Below are positions 25,066 to 37,456 of a stretch of DNA of 64,000 nt, piece after piece (positions within the stretch are counted from its first letter, which is position 1; every line of letters begins with the position of its first letter). The notes under the pieces are model-generated. The model had not been told where the DNA came from, searched no databases, and saw nothing but the letters and a program-made list of their open reading frames with translations. A program made the translations under genes and the position numbers. Source of the stretch: Octopus sinensis. Its lineage: Eukaryota. The stretch lies in NCBI RefSeq assembly GCF_006345805.1, contig NC_043018.1:21576001-21640000 (forward strand). The letters are read 5' to 3'.

Positions 25066-25395
25066 GGAGGTACATGCCTCATTGGTAAGAGTGTCAGGCT
25101 CACAATCATGAGGCAGCAAGTTCAATTCTGAGACTGGGCCGTATGTTGTGTTCTTGAGCGAGACACTTTATTTCACATTGCTCCAGCTGTAGAAATAAGT
25201 TGCGACGTCACAGGTGCCAAGCTTTATTGGCTCCTATGCCTTTCCCTTGGATAACATCGGTGGCATGGAGAGGAGGAGGCTGGTATGCATGGGTGACTGC
25301 TGGTCTTCCACGAAGAACCTTGCCAGAACTTGTACCTCAGAGACAAACTTTTCTAGGAGCAATCCCATGATCATTCATGACCAAAGGGTGCCTTT
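25066..25395 (+). mobile_element. Older tRNA-headed CORE-like SINE
   Basis: A/B-box-like head, then GTTGTGTTCTTGAGCGAGACACTTTATTTCAC, shared with 35710 and 58943. Confidence 0.55.
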
Positions 25396-25406
25396 CATAT
25401 GAGTTT

Positions 25407-25575
25407 AGGACATTTACCCCCACCCCACGGACAATAACCCCCTCAAGGACAATCATTCCTGAAGACAACAGATGATGATTTAAAACTTCTTAATATATTG
25501 GAGAGAGGGTAATTAACTGGGGGGAGGGGTTAATTGTCCTAGGGGGTAGTTGTCAGGGGGGAGGGGAATTGTCCT
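25407..25575. mobile_element. Small MITE-like element with repeated inward-facing GGACAA/TTGTCC motifs
   Basis: AGGACATTTACCCC...GGGGAATTGTCCT ends, with several subterminal motif copies per side. Confidence 0.5.
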
Positions 25576-25799
25576 GATATGCTTTTATATATAACTAGGC
25601 TTCGCCCGAGCCCCAAATTTCTGGCCTGATGCCTATGTTGAAAACAAACTTGGTCAGGATGTTTGAAACAGTCTTGTGCAAGATTTTATTGTGATACCAA
25701 GTGCACTTCCATATTCCTGTATGCGTGCACATACGTGTGCACACATGCATCATTGTCTTCAGGGAGTGCATAATGTATGCTACATTAATTCTGTTTTGG

Positions 25800-27200
25800 T
25801 GTATGTGCATGTGTGTGTGTGTGCATGTGTGTGTGCGTGTGTGTGTGTGTGCGTGTGTGTGTGTGTGTGTGTGCATGTGTGTGTGCGTGTGGTGTGTGTG
25901 TGTGCGTGTGTGTGTTGTGCATGTGTGTGTGCGTGTGTGGTGTGTGTGTGTGTGTGTCATGTGTGTGTGTGTGTATGTGCATGTTGTGTGTGTGCATGTG
26001 TGTGTGTGTGCATGTGTGTGGTATGTGTGTGTGCATGTGCGTGTGTGTGTGTGTGTGCATGTGTGTGTGTGGTGCATGTGCGTGTGTGTGTGTGTGTGTG
26101 CATGTGTGGGTGTGCATGGTGCAGTGCGTGTGTGTGTGTGTGTGTGCATGTGTGTGTGTGTGTGTGCATGTGTGTGTGTGCATGTCGTGTGTGTGTGTGT
26201 GTGTGCATGTGCGTGTGCGTGTGTGTGTGTGCATGTGTGTGTGCATGTGTGTGTGTGTGCAGTGCGTGTGTGTGCATGTGCGTGTGTGTGTGTGTTGTGT
26301 GTGTATGTGCATGTGTGTGTGTATGTGTGTGTGTGTGCATGTGTGTGTGTGCATGGGGGTGTTACCCTTATATCTCTATCAACGTTATCATCATTTTGAA
26401 CGTCACCATCATCACCACAAACATCATTATCATCATCATCACCACTACCACTACCAAACATCATCATCATCATCATCATCCCTACTGCCACCACCATTGC
26501 AATCATCACAATCATCAATGCCATCATGAATATCAGCATCATTATCATCATCGCAATCATCGTCATCACACGTCACCACAAACATATTATCACGAATACC
26601 ACCACCATGAACATCAGCATCATCAATACTATTATCACCATCGTCCTCGTAAATATCCCTACCACCAATCATCATCATCATCATCACCACAAATATCACC
26701 ATCGTCGTCACCACCAGCAGTATCATCATCATCATGAACATCAAAATAATCATTGCTGAGAACATCACAAAATCATCATCATCATCATCATCATGAATAC
26801 CACCACCACCACTGCCATCATCATATCATCACCATCACCACCACTACCACTGCCATCATCAGCAATGAATATCACCACCACCACACCACTGCCATGATCA
26901 TCACTATCATCATCATCATGAATATCACCACCACTACCACCACCATCATCATCATCATCATCATGAATATTACCATCACCACCACCATCATATCACCACT
27001 GCCATCATGATGAATATCACCACCATCACCAACATCATCATCATCATGAATATCATCACCACCACCACATCACCACTACCATCAGCATCATCATCATCAT
27101 CATGAATACCACCACCACTGCCACCACCACCACCATCATGAATATCGGCTGAATCACTGTTGAGACCATCACCATCGTCATCACTACCACCACCATCAGT
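25800..27200. repeat. (GT)n/GCAT tract (25800-26355) and (CAT/CAC)n tract (26385-27200)
   Basis: Seen directly. Confidence 0.95.
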
Positions 27201-27721
27201 TAGGGTGTGAGATCATTTCTGATGTTTGACTGTATTTCATACACAGAAATACAAAGAACAACAACAACAACACAACAACAGGAATGTACATTGAATGTGA
27301 AGAAAAAATGTAAGAAGAATTTTTGTGAAATTGCAACACATTCCAAGTAAATGGAATCCATTTTGATGAGTGGAACCGTTTTCTTCAGATTCTCCTGACT
27401 TCAAAAAAAAAAAAAATCAAAAAAAAAATCAAGGTAAAGAAGAATTCGGTTTTACAAGGGAGGTGGGTGGGGGGTGGGGGTTTGCCGTTGTTGTTGTTGT
27501 TTGGTTGGAACCTAACTAATGGTGGTTAGAAAGATTTATTGATTGATTGTTTCTATTTAACGTGTTTGTTTGTCTGTGGAAACGGAAAGGAAAGAAAAAG
27601 GATAAAAATGAAAAAAAAAAAAAAATGAGAAAAAGAGAAAGAAAAGAAAGAGGGGGAAATGGAAAAAAAAAGAAAGAAAGAAAGAAATGGTAAAACAAAA
27701 GAATATCTACAGAACCGTCTC

Positions 27722-27765
<44 letters not shown>

Positions 27766-27822
27766 TATTTCCAAGATAAAGAACATTAGGAATGATAGAA
27801 ATGGTTTAATATAGCAATGGAA

Positions 27823-28032
27823 CTCTCTTTACTCTTTTACTCTTTTACTTGTTTCAGTCATTTGACTGTGGCCATGTTGGAGCACCGCCTTTAGTCGAGC
27901 AAATTGACCCCGGGACTTATTCTTTGTAAGCCCAGTACTTATTCTATCGGTCTCTTTTGCCGAACCGCTAAGTGACGGGGACGTAAACACACCAGCATCG
28001 GTTGTCAAGCAATGCTAGGGGGACAAACACAG

Positions 28033-28065
<33 letters not shown>

Positions 28066-28236
28066 CATTTATACGACAGGCTTCTTTCAGTTTCCGTCTA
28101 CCAAATCCACTCACAAGGCATTGGTCGGCCCGGGGCTATAGTAGAAGACACTTGCCCAAGATGCCACGCAGTGGGACTGAACCCGAAACCATGTGGTTGG
28201 TTAGCAAGCTACTTACCACACAGCCACTCCTGCGCC
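27823..28236 (-). mobile_element. SINE family A, full length
   Basis: Reverse complement of family A. Confidence 0.9.
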
Positions 28237-28747
28237 TGTTTTTTTTTTGTTGGTACTTCAACATTCTGACTTCATTTGGTTTTTGTGATTGAGTCACTGT
28301 GCACCAGTAATATTTTGAGGGAAACCACACAAGTCCTATATAGTTGCCTCTTATATAACTGACCACTGACAAGGGTCATTATATGCCAGTAATATCTCGA
28401 GAGAGTCCACTCTGAGCCCCGCCCATCTCTGCCTCTATATCCAAGTTGACCTTTGACAAAAACCAATGTACATACCAGTAATATCTTCAGGAAAGATCAT
28501 ACTGACCCTTCCAAATCTCTAAAACAACCCAGTGGCAAAAGTCAACTCTAATTTTCCAACACGCAATACTGATATTAACATGAAGTGAAAAGCGTGCCGC
28601 TACATGGTCGATTAACATGCTAGAAATAGCAGGCAGCCGAATCTGTTATACTCCACCATTTTTATTTTTAAAAGGATACATTAGATTAGATAATGTGGTT
28701 CTGTGTTCTCTGCACATAGGATGAAAAAATGGAAATGGTTATAATTA

Positions 28748-29070
28748 GGTGCAGGAGTGGCTGTGTGGTAAGTAGCTTGCTTAGAGAAGCGGAAGTCTGC
28801 GGGCGCTTTCGTCTTCTCCAATCATCATCTTCACTTCATCATCTTCACTTCATCACCATCATTCATTAATGTCTATGTCCAGCCCTTAGCTACTGTCTAT
28901 GTACTGCTCTTGTGGCAAATTAAATGAAATAAAGTAGCTTGCTTACCAACCACAGGGTTCCGGATTCATTCCCACTGCGTGGCACCTTGGGCAAGTGTCT
29001 TCTACTATAGATCCAGGTAGAGCAAAGCCTTGTCAGTGGATTTGGTAGATGGAAACTGAAAGAAGCCCAA

Positions 29071-29112
<42 letters not shown>

Positions 29113-29310
29113 GCTGTCTCCTGTTGTGCAAGCAGTGTCCATCATTTCCAATCTTCCATGAAAACATGTCTGGCCACGAGGTATTATTACTACCTTGCTT
29201 GGAAATGGGGGAAGGTTGGCAACAGGGAGGTCAGTCAGCTGTAGAATGTCTGCATCACTGAATTCCACCTGGCCCATTCAAGCATGACCAAAAGTAGACA
29301 TGGAAACCAT
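28748..29310 (+). mobile_element. SINE family A head with alternative tail (A2), interrupted by a 148-bp insert
   Basis: Head and CORE-like segment, (GT)n, then CAAGCAGTGTCC...CTTGCTTGGAAA...GGTTGGCAACAGGGAGG tail. Confidence 0.75.
28784..28931 (+). mobile_element. 148-bp retroposed insert with 14-bp TSD
   Basis: AAGTAGCTTGCTTA duplicated at 28770-28783 and 28932-28945; A-rich 3' end. Confidence 0.75.
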
Positions 29311-29603
29311 GCTGATATGCGCAAACACAAACTAATTTACTTAAATGTAATACTACTTGATAAATATACCACCTAATTATAATTATTTAATAATTATTAA
29401 ATAATTAAATAAATTGTCTAACAAAATGATTTCTCAAATTAAATTATATGTAATACGTTAAATCCCTTTATAAAAATAATAATAAATCATTCTAAATAAA
29501 TAGATATCATAATTAATAACTATCATAACTTATAACTATCAATATATATAAAAATGATATTTCAACAACAATAATAATAACAATCAAATATATATATAAT
29601 TAT

Positions 29604-29930
29604 AAGTGTCTTCTACTATAGCCTCGGGCCGACCAAAGCCTTGCAAGTAGATTTGGTAGACAGAAACTGAAAGAAGCCCGTCGTATATATGAATATATGT
29701 ATATATGTGTGCGTGTATGTTTGTGCATCTGTGTTTGTCCCCATAGCATTGCTTGACAACCGATGCTGGTGTGTTTATGTCCCCGTAACTTAGCGGTTCG
29801 GCAAAAGAGACCGATAGAATAAGTACTGGGCTTACAAAGAATAAGTCCCGGGGTCGAGTTGCTCGACTAAAGGCGGTGCTCCAGCATGGCCGCAGTCAAC
29901 TGACTGAAACAAGTAAAAGAGTAAAAGAGT
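29604..29930 (+). mobile_element. SINE family A, 5'-truncated
   Basis: Colinear with family A. Confidence 0.9.
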
Positions 29931-29971
29931 ATATATACATATATATATATATACATATATACACACACACC

Positions 29972-30008
<37 letters not shown>

Positions 30009-30669
30009 GCATGCACACACATATGGCGTGTGTGTGTGTGTGTGTGTATATGCCCAGTTGCATGATATATTTTAACTAAGCTTTAGTTTTCCTGATAGAA
30101 TTACAGGAACTCTGACCAGAATATAAAGAATTTCTCTGCTGAATCAGTGGTGAAGATGAAATTAGATTAAGATTCTATTTTGGTTAAATATTTATAGAAA
30201 CATTAGACTTACAGTTCCTTGACTCTGTGTGTGCGTGTGTGTGTGTCTGGTGGGATGATTTAGAAGTGGTGTGATGGCCTGATGGTTTAATGGTCTGATG
30301 GTCACTGGAGACATAGAAGATCAGATGAACTGTGATAGTGGAAGTCCAATATCTGGCTTGAGTGATGTCTGGAGTATGTTCTTTCTAAGGGACAAGCCCA
30401 AAGCTGTTGCTGTCATTGTGGTTATAATTGTTTTCAATATAAGCACAAAGAATGACATTTGACGGGAAACCCTGTCAATTAAATTGACCCCAGATCTCAC
30501 TGGTCTTTATCTTATCAAACCCTGAAAAGATGAATGGCAGAGTTTTGTCTGGCATGTGAAAGATTCTGCCAGCTTGCCACTTTGATGATAATAATAATCC
30601 TTTCTGATATAGGCACAAGGCCTGGAATGTTGGGAGGGAGTATAATTGATTACAGTGAGCCCAGTGTTG

Positions 30670-30905
30670 TAGCCTTCAAATGATGCCACCCCGCTGGTTA
30701 AGCGAGCAGGCCAACAGAAGAAAGAGTGAGAGAAAGATGTGGTGAAAGAGTACAGCAGGGATCACCACCATCACCCTGCTGAAGCCTCGTGGAGCTTTAT
30801 GTGTTTTCGCTCAATAAACACTCACAACGCCTGGTCTGGGAATCGAAACCGCGATCCTACGACCGCGAGCCCACTGTCCTAACCACTGGGCCATTGCGCC
30901 TCCAC
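30670..30905 (-). mobile_element. tRNA-derived SINE family B (tail type 2, partial)
   Basis: Head GGAGGCGCAATGGCCCAGTGGTTAG...GGTTTCGATTCCCAGACC. Confidence 0.85.
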
Positions 30906-31212
30906 TAATAATAATAACAATAATATGTGGGAAAATCTTCTGAATCAGACTTATAGTGAGTGGATGCTTAAAACTGGCCTAAAAGGGGTACGAAAACTGC
31001 CCTAACAAAGTAGTAGTGTGAATACATTGGGAGCTGTACAAGAAGGATGGGCTAGAATGTTCCAACAAGTGGAACATAACGCTTGACAATAATATCATTT
31101 TGAAGGTTTAATGATCTTTAGATTCAATTTGTATTAGATTTTTACATTTTATATTCCTTTAATTAATTTCTTTTTTTTTTTACTTCATTTTTTTTTTCCC
31201 CAACATACTAGG

Positions 31213-31622
31213 TACAGGCATGGCTGTGTGGTAAAGAAGGTTGTTTCCCAACCATGGGATCTTGGGGTCAGTCCCTCTGTGCAGCACCTTGGCCAAGTGT
31301 CTTCTGCTACAGCCTTGGGCAGGTGTCTTCTGCAGAGTCTTGTGAGTGGATTTGGTAGACGGAAACTGAAAGAAGCTCATTGTGTGTGCATATGTGTTGT
31401 TGTGTTTGTCCCCTGCCACTGTTTGACAACAGCATTGTTTGTTCACATCCCCATACTTTAGTGATTTGGTAAAAGCGATTGATAGAATAAGTATCAGGCT
31501 TTAAAAAGACAAAAAAAAAAAAGAAAATGAAGTCCTGGGGCCAATTTGTTTGACTAAACCCTTCAATGTGGTGCACCCGACATGGCTTGGAGCCCAATGA
31601 CTGGGACGAGTAAAAGATAAAA
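31213..31622 (+). mobile_element. Diverged SINE family A
   Basis: Recognisable head, CORE-like segment and tail. Confidence 0.75.
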
Positions 31623-32283
31623 TGCATCATCAAGTGGTTGTCCAAGGCCTGTTCTAGTGGTCTTTATATTTATGGTACCTTGTTGGTAGGGACAATCAAT
31701 AAAAGAAAAAAATAAATAGAAAGACGGAAGAAAAAAAAAACGGTAATGTCTGTCTTCAGTTTGGTATTGGCAAGACCTAATTATTTTAAGGGACAAAGTG
31801 GCTGTTATTGATAGGATTGTGGCACTAGTGACACTGACATGTGATACACCGCCATCTCCACCACTAACATCATCCTCACCAACGCTACCCCCGCTACCGG
31901 CACTACTGCTGCCAACACAACCACCAGAGAGAGGGGCGGGGGAGACTGTGAACCCCTCCCTTCCCCCCCACCCGACCCGGCAGACTGTCAAACTGGTAAG
32001 ACAGGTTACACAAGAGGACACAACTGTCAAGAAATAAGCTGAAAACTTAAACAAACATCTGTGTTTGCTTAGTTTTCTTCATTCATAAGAAATCTTAACC
32101 GCCGCCGATGTCTGCTACAACAGCTGCTTAGTCTGCAGCAGATGTTTGCTGGTGTTTCGACATGGAGTTCACTCCCTGATCCTCATCACCTGTAACGAGA
32201 AAGCCGTCGACATTCCAGCTGTGACCATCCCATGTTGTTTTTTTTTCAGATGTACTGTATCTAGGATTACATTAGCCAATATA

Positions 32284-32883
32284 TATTTCTTTACTGCCCA
32301 CAAGGGGCTAAACACAGAGGGGACAAACAAGGACAGACAAACGGATTAAGTCGATTATATTGACCCCAGTGCGCAACTGGTACTTAATTTATCGACCCCG
32401 AAAGGATGAAAGGCAAAGTCAACCTCGGCGGAATTTGAACTCAGAATGTAAAGACAGACGAAATACCTATTTCTTTTCTACCCACCAGGGGCTAAACACA
32501 GAGGGGACAAACAAGGACAGACAAACGGACTAAGTCGATTACGTCGACCCCAGTGCGCAACTGGTACTTAATTTATCGACCCCGAAAGGATAAAAGGCAA
32601 AGTCAACCTCAGCGGAATTCGAACTCAGAACGTAACAGCAGACGAAATACCTATTTCTTTATTACCCACAAGGGGCTAAACACAGAGGAGACAAATAAGG
32701 ACAGACAAACGGATTAAGTCGATTACATCGACCCCCAGTGCGCAACTGGTACTTAATTTATCGACCCCGAAAGGATGAAAGGCAAAGTCAACCTCGGCGG
32801 AATTTGAACTCAGAATGTAACCGCAGACGAGATACGGCTACGCATTTCGCCCGGCGTGCTAACGTTTCTGCCAGCTCGCCGCT
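32284..32883 (-). mobile_element. SINE family D tandem trimer (one head plus three ~184-bp bodies)
   Basis: Junction ...GACGAAATAC|CTATTTCTTT occurs twice (near 32467 and 32651); units are highly similar. Confidence 0.85.
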
Positions 32884-32931
32884 TTTATATCTCCCTTCCA
32901 CCACCACCCACTTGAAATTTTTTAAGATGAT

Positions 32932-33322
32932 AGGTGCAGGCTTGGCTGTGTGGTAAGAAGCTTGCTTCTCGACAGCATGGTCCTGGGTTCAGTCCCGAAG
33001 TGTGACACCTTGGACAAATGTCTTCTAATCTAACCTTGGGGTGACCGAAACCTTGCGAGTGGATTTGGTAGATGAAAACTGAAAGAAGCCTGTTATGCGT
33101 GTGTGTGTGGTGTGTGTGTGCATCCCTGACCACTGTTTGACAACTGGTGTTGGTGTGTTTACGTCCTCATAATTTAGAAGTTCAGTAAAAGAGAGCAAGA
33201 GAACAAGTACTGGGTTTTTAAAAAAAATACTGGAACTGCTGATCCATTTTACGAGAAGTCCTTCAAGGTGGTGCCCCAGCATGGTCACAGTTTAACGACA
33301 GAAACAAATAAAAGAGAAAAGA
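32932..33322 (+). mobile_element. Diverged SINE family A
   Basis: Colinear with family A. Confidence 0.75.
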
Positions 33323-33502
33323 AGATCTGAAGATGATGTGATGGAGAGGAGATATCGCTGCTATTTCTAGCAGGCTCAGTAACATTACATGCAGGCTACC
33401 TTGTTGCCTTATATCCTCACCATATTTGATAGCATAAAAGACACACAGACATATAACAGACATGGGAATATCAGGCAGACCCCAATTTCAACAGTATATA
33501 TC

Positions 33503-33905
33503 TTATCTTTTACTTGTTTCAGTCATTTGACTGTGGCCATGCTGGAGCACCACCTTTAGTCAAGCAAATCGACAGCAGGACTTATTCTTTGGAAGCCCAG
33601 TACTTATTCTATCGGTCTCTTTTGCCGAACCGCTAAGTTACGGGGACGTAAACACACCACCATCAGTTGTCAAGCGATGTTGGGGGGAACAAACACAGAC
33701 ACACAAACATATGCACACACATAGATACTTATATCTATTTTGGGAAAGTGGGGCACTCAATTAGAATGACCCCAGTACACAACTGGTACTTAATTTATCA
33801 AGGATGAAAGGCAAAGTCGAACTTGGCGGAATTTGAACTCAGAATGACGAAATACTCCTAAGCATTTCGCCCGGTGTGCTAACATTTCCGCCAGCTTGTC
33901 GCCTT
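33503..33905 (-). mobile_element. SINE family A 3' half (33503-33720) and SINE family D fragment (33760-33905)
   Basis: Sequence similarity to other copies in the window. Confidence 0.75.
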
Positions 33906-34199
33906 TGATACTGAGAACATTTAAAATGCAAAACAGGCAGAAATCAGTCATAATCTCAGATGTACTAAATCCATCTTATTAGTATTATTATCATCACTTA
34001 TTAGTATTATTAATTATACAACTCTCCATACAAGGGTACTTAATAAAAAAAGAAAAGGCCGGCTGCATTCACAGGAAGTGTATTAGCCGCAAGCTGTGAG
34101 TATATTTTCTTTACACAGCATATTCCTGACTACCACAGCCACCAGCATCATCACTGCTCCAAGGATTGAGTGTTTATATGTGTATGTGGTGAGAATGCC

Positions 34200-34834
34200 A
34201 TTTGTATGCATATGTATGTATGTATGTATATGTATATATATATGTGTGTGTGTTTATATATATGTTGTGTGTATATATATGTATATATGTATATGTATAT
34301 ATATATATGTGTGTGTATATATATATATGTATATATTTATATGTATATATATATATGTGTAAGTATATATATATATGTATATATATATGTAAGTAATATA
34401 TATATATATATATATATATGTAAGTATATATATATATATATATTATATATATATATATATGTAAGTATATATATATATATATATGTATGTATATATATAT
34501 ATGTATATGTATGTATGTAATATAATATATGATATGTATGTATGTAATATAATATATGTATATTTTATGTATTTATATATATATATATGTATATGTATGT
34601 ATGTATATATATATATTGTATATATGTATTTATATATATATTATGTATGGTATGTATTATATATGATGTATGTATGTAATATATATATGTATGTATGTAT
34701 GTATCTATATGTATGTATGTATATATATATATGTATGTATGTATATATATATAATGTATGTATATATAATATATGTATGTATGTATATATATGTATGTAT
34801 GTAATATATATATGTATGTATGTATATATATATG

Positions 34835-34874
<40 letters not shown>

Positions 34875-34927
34875 GTATGTATATATATAATATATATATA
34901 GTATATGTATGTGTATGTATATATATA

Positions 34928-34969
<42 letters not shown>

Positions 34970-34980
34970 TATATATATAA
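34200..34980. repeat. (TA)n/(TATG)n tract
   Basis: Seen directly. Confidence 0.95.
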
Positions 34981-35145
34981 CTGTACTTATTTCAGTCAGT
35001 TGACTGTGGCCATGCTGGTGCACCACTTTAGGGTCTGAAAGATTCCTTTAAGATATATGGAATGTTGTATAAATATGCCTATTCAAGTATCATAATAGTA
35101 TGAAACTATTAGTAGTTCTTTCAGTTGTATATAAGTGTGTGTATA

Positions 35146-35516
35146 TACTCTTTTACTCTTTTACTCTTTTACTTGTTTCAGTCACTTGACTGCGGCCATG
35201 CTGGAGCACCACCTTTTAGTACTTATTCTATCGGTCTCTTTTTGCCGAACCGCTAAGTGACGGGGACCTAAACACACCAGCATCGGTTGTCAAGCAATGC
35301 TAGGGGGACAAACACAGACACACAAACACATATACATATATATACATATATACGACAGGCTTCTTTCAGTTTCCGTCTACCAAATCCACTCACAAGGCAT
35401 TGGTCGGCCCGGGGCTATAGCAGAAGACACTTGCCCAAGATGCCACGCAGTGGGATTGAACCCGCAACCGTGTGGTTGGTTAGCAAGCTACTTACCACAC
35501 GGCTACTCCTGCGCCT
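35146..35516 (-). mobile_element. SINE family A with short internal deletion
   Basis: Lacks the CGAGCAAATCGACCCC...AAGCCC block present in other copies. Confidence 0.85.
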
Positions 35517-35517
35517 A

Positions 35518-35548
<31 letters not shown>

Positions 35549-35709
35549 ATATATATGTATCATCATTATTATAATTATACAACTCTCCATACAGGGGTAC
35601 TTAAAAAAAAAAGAGGCCAGCTGCTTTCACAGGAAGTGTATTAGCTGCAAACTGTGAGTATATTTTCTTTAACAGCCACCACCGCCATCATCATATATAT
35701 GTATACGTG

Positions 35710-36035
35710 AAGGCACGTGGCTTAGAGGTTGGGATATTTGGCCTCATGAGCATAAGGTCATGAGTTCAATTCCGCACGTGGTCATGTTGTGTCCTTGAGC
35801 AAGACACTTTATTTTCACGTTGCTCCAGTCCACTCAGCTGGCAAAAATGAGTAGTACCTGTAATTCAAAGGGCCAGCCTTGTCACACTCAGTGTCACGCT
35901 GAATCTCCCTGAGAACTGCGTTAAGGGTTACACGTGTCTGTGGAGTGCTCAACCACTTGCACGTTAATTTCACGAGCAGGTGTTCCGTTGATTGAATCAG
36001 CTGGGATCCTTGTTGTAGCCAATGGAGTGCTACTA
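35710..36035 (+). mobile_element. Mosaic SINE: CORE-like head joined to family B tail type 1
   Basis: From GTACCTGTAATTCAAAGGGCC onward it matches about 43456-43633; the 5' part does not. Confidence 0.7.
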
Positions 36036-36067
36036 CTACATACACACACACACATATATATATATAC

Positions 36068-36377
36068 ATCACGTGATCACGTGACCGACCAGGCTATCAG
36101 ATGTTGCTACACCCTGCTGGTCACAATGCGCTTCACATTGTTTTAGCCTTCAAATGACGCCACTCCGCTGGCCAAGCGAGCAGGCCATCAGAAGAAAGAG
36201 TGAGAGAAAGTTGTGGTGAAAGGATACAGCAGGGATCGCCACCACACCCTGCCGGAGCCTCGTGGAGCTTTTAGGGGTTTTCGCTCAATAAACACTCACA
36301 ACGCCTGGTCTGGGAATTGAAACCGCGATTCTACGACTGTGAGTCCACTGCCCTAACCACTGGGCCATTGCGCCTCC
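36068..36377 (-). mobile_element. SINE family B (tail type 2), full length
   Basis: Family B head; tail ends GGTCACGTGATCACGTGAT. Confidence 0.85.
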
Positions 36378-36899
36378 TCTATATACATACAAACACATAT
36401 ATACTTACATACACACTCTAATTTATTCTCACTCTGAATGGAGAAAATCTTTCAACCTTTTACTACACAGACACAGTGATGGTAGTCTCTCTATCCAAAA
36501 TGATTCAGCAATTTCCTGCTGAAAAACCTGCACAGACGACTTCTTTATAAAAACCAAACGTATATGATCTACATTAAGCTCTCTCTTTCTTTCTCCATCA
36601 AATCAACATTACTTCCAACAGATGGATGGTGTGCCATGCATCAGATGTTGATGAGACCACAGAGTAACACTTCATTAAAATTAAGTGTTTTCCTCAAGAA
36701 TACAATCCACACCTGGCCTAAGAATTGAACTCACAATCTTGCAGCCATGAGTGCAACACTCTTACCATTAGGCTACCATTAGGCCCTCACTGAGTATATA
36801 CAGACATAGACGTGTCAGTGCATAAGCATGATTACATGTGCGAAGGTGAATGTGTGTGCTCGTGCCTTTGTATGTGAGCACGTATGCTATGTATATGAA

Positions 36900-37280
36900 T
36901 AGATATGCTGTGCTCAAGAAGACCCATCAAGCCAAGTGAAATTGTAGTCGTGGCCAATGCTAGTGTCATGTAACTGGTGTCCATGCCGGTGGCATGTAAA
37001 AAGCACCCTTCAATCACTGGGCCTCACAGAGGCAATGACAAGTGACTGAGACCTTTGGTGATATGCTGTTCTCGAGAAGACCCATCAAGCCAAGTGAAAT
37101 TGTAGTTGTGGATGATGCTGGTGTCAAATAACTGGCACATAAAACGCACCCTTTACACTCTTGGAGTGGTTGATGTTATGAAGGGCGTGCAGCCATAGGA
37201 ACTATGCAAAATCAGATTGGAACCTGGTGCAGCTCTCTGGCTTACAGTTCTAGTCGAACTGTCAAACCTACGTCAGCATG
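36900..37280 (+). mobile_element. RTE family C 3' end with partial duplication
   Basis: GLTEAMTSD*DLW*YAVLEKTHQAK* (RTE C-terminus) followed by the family C 3' UTR. Confidence 0.65.
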
Positions 37281-37456
37281 ATTTAATGCACAATATATGG
37301 ATTAAATATATAATCCAGTGGTAGTCACAATAAAGCTCCTTCAGTGGACATGGCTACAAACCACATATTAAACTAATAGATAGGAGTGTAATGTAGAGAT
37401 GTAGAATTCTATACAGTTGAAATCCAGAAAACCCAATCAGTGAAAATTGGAGTATA

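Noticed and set aside
28002-28292. Recurrent small ORFs MSSNARGTNT.../MLGGQTQ... resembling a gene family
   Set aside because: Antisense translations of SINE family A copies, with lengths set by the internal microsatellite.
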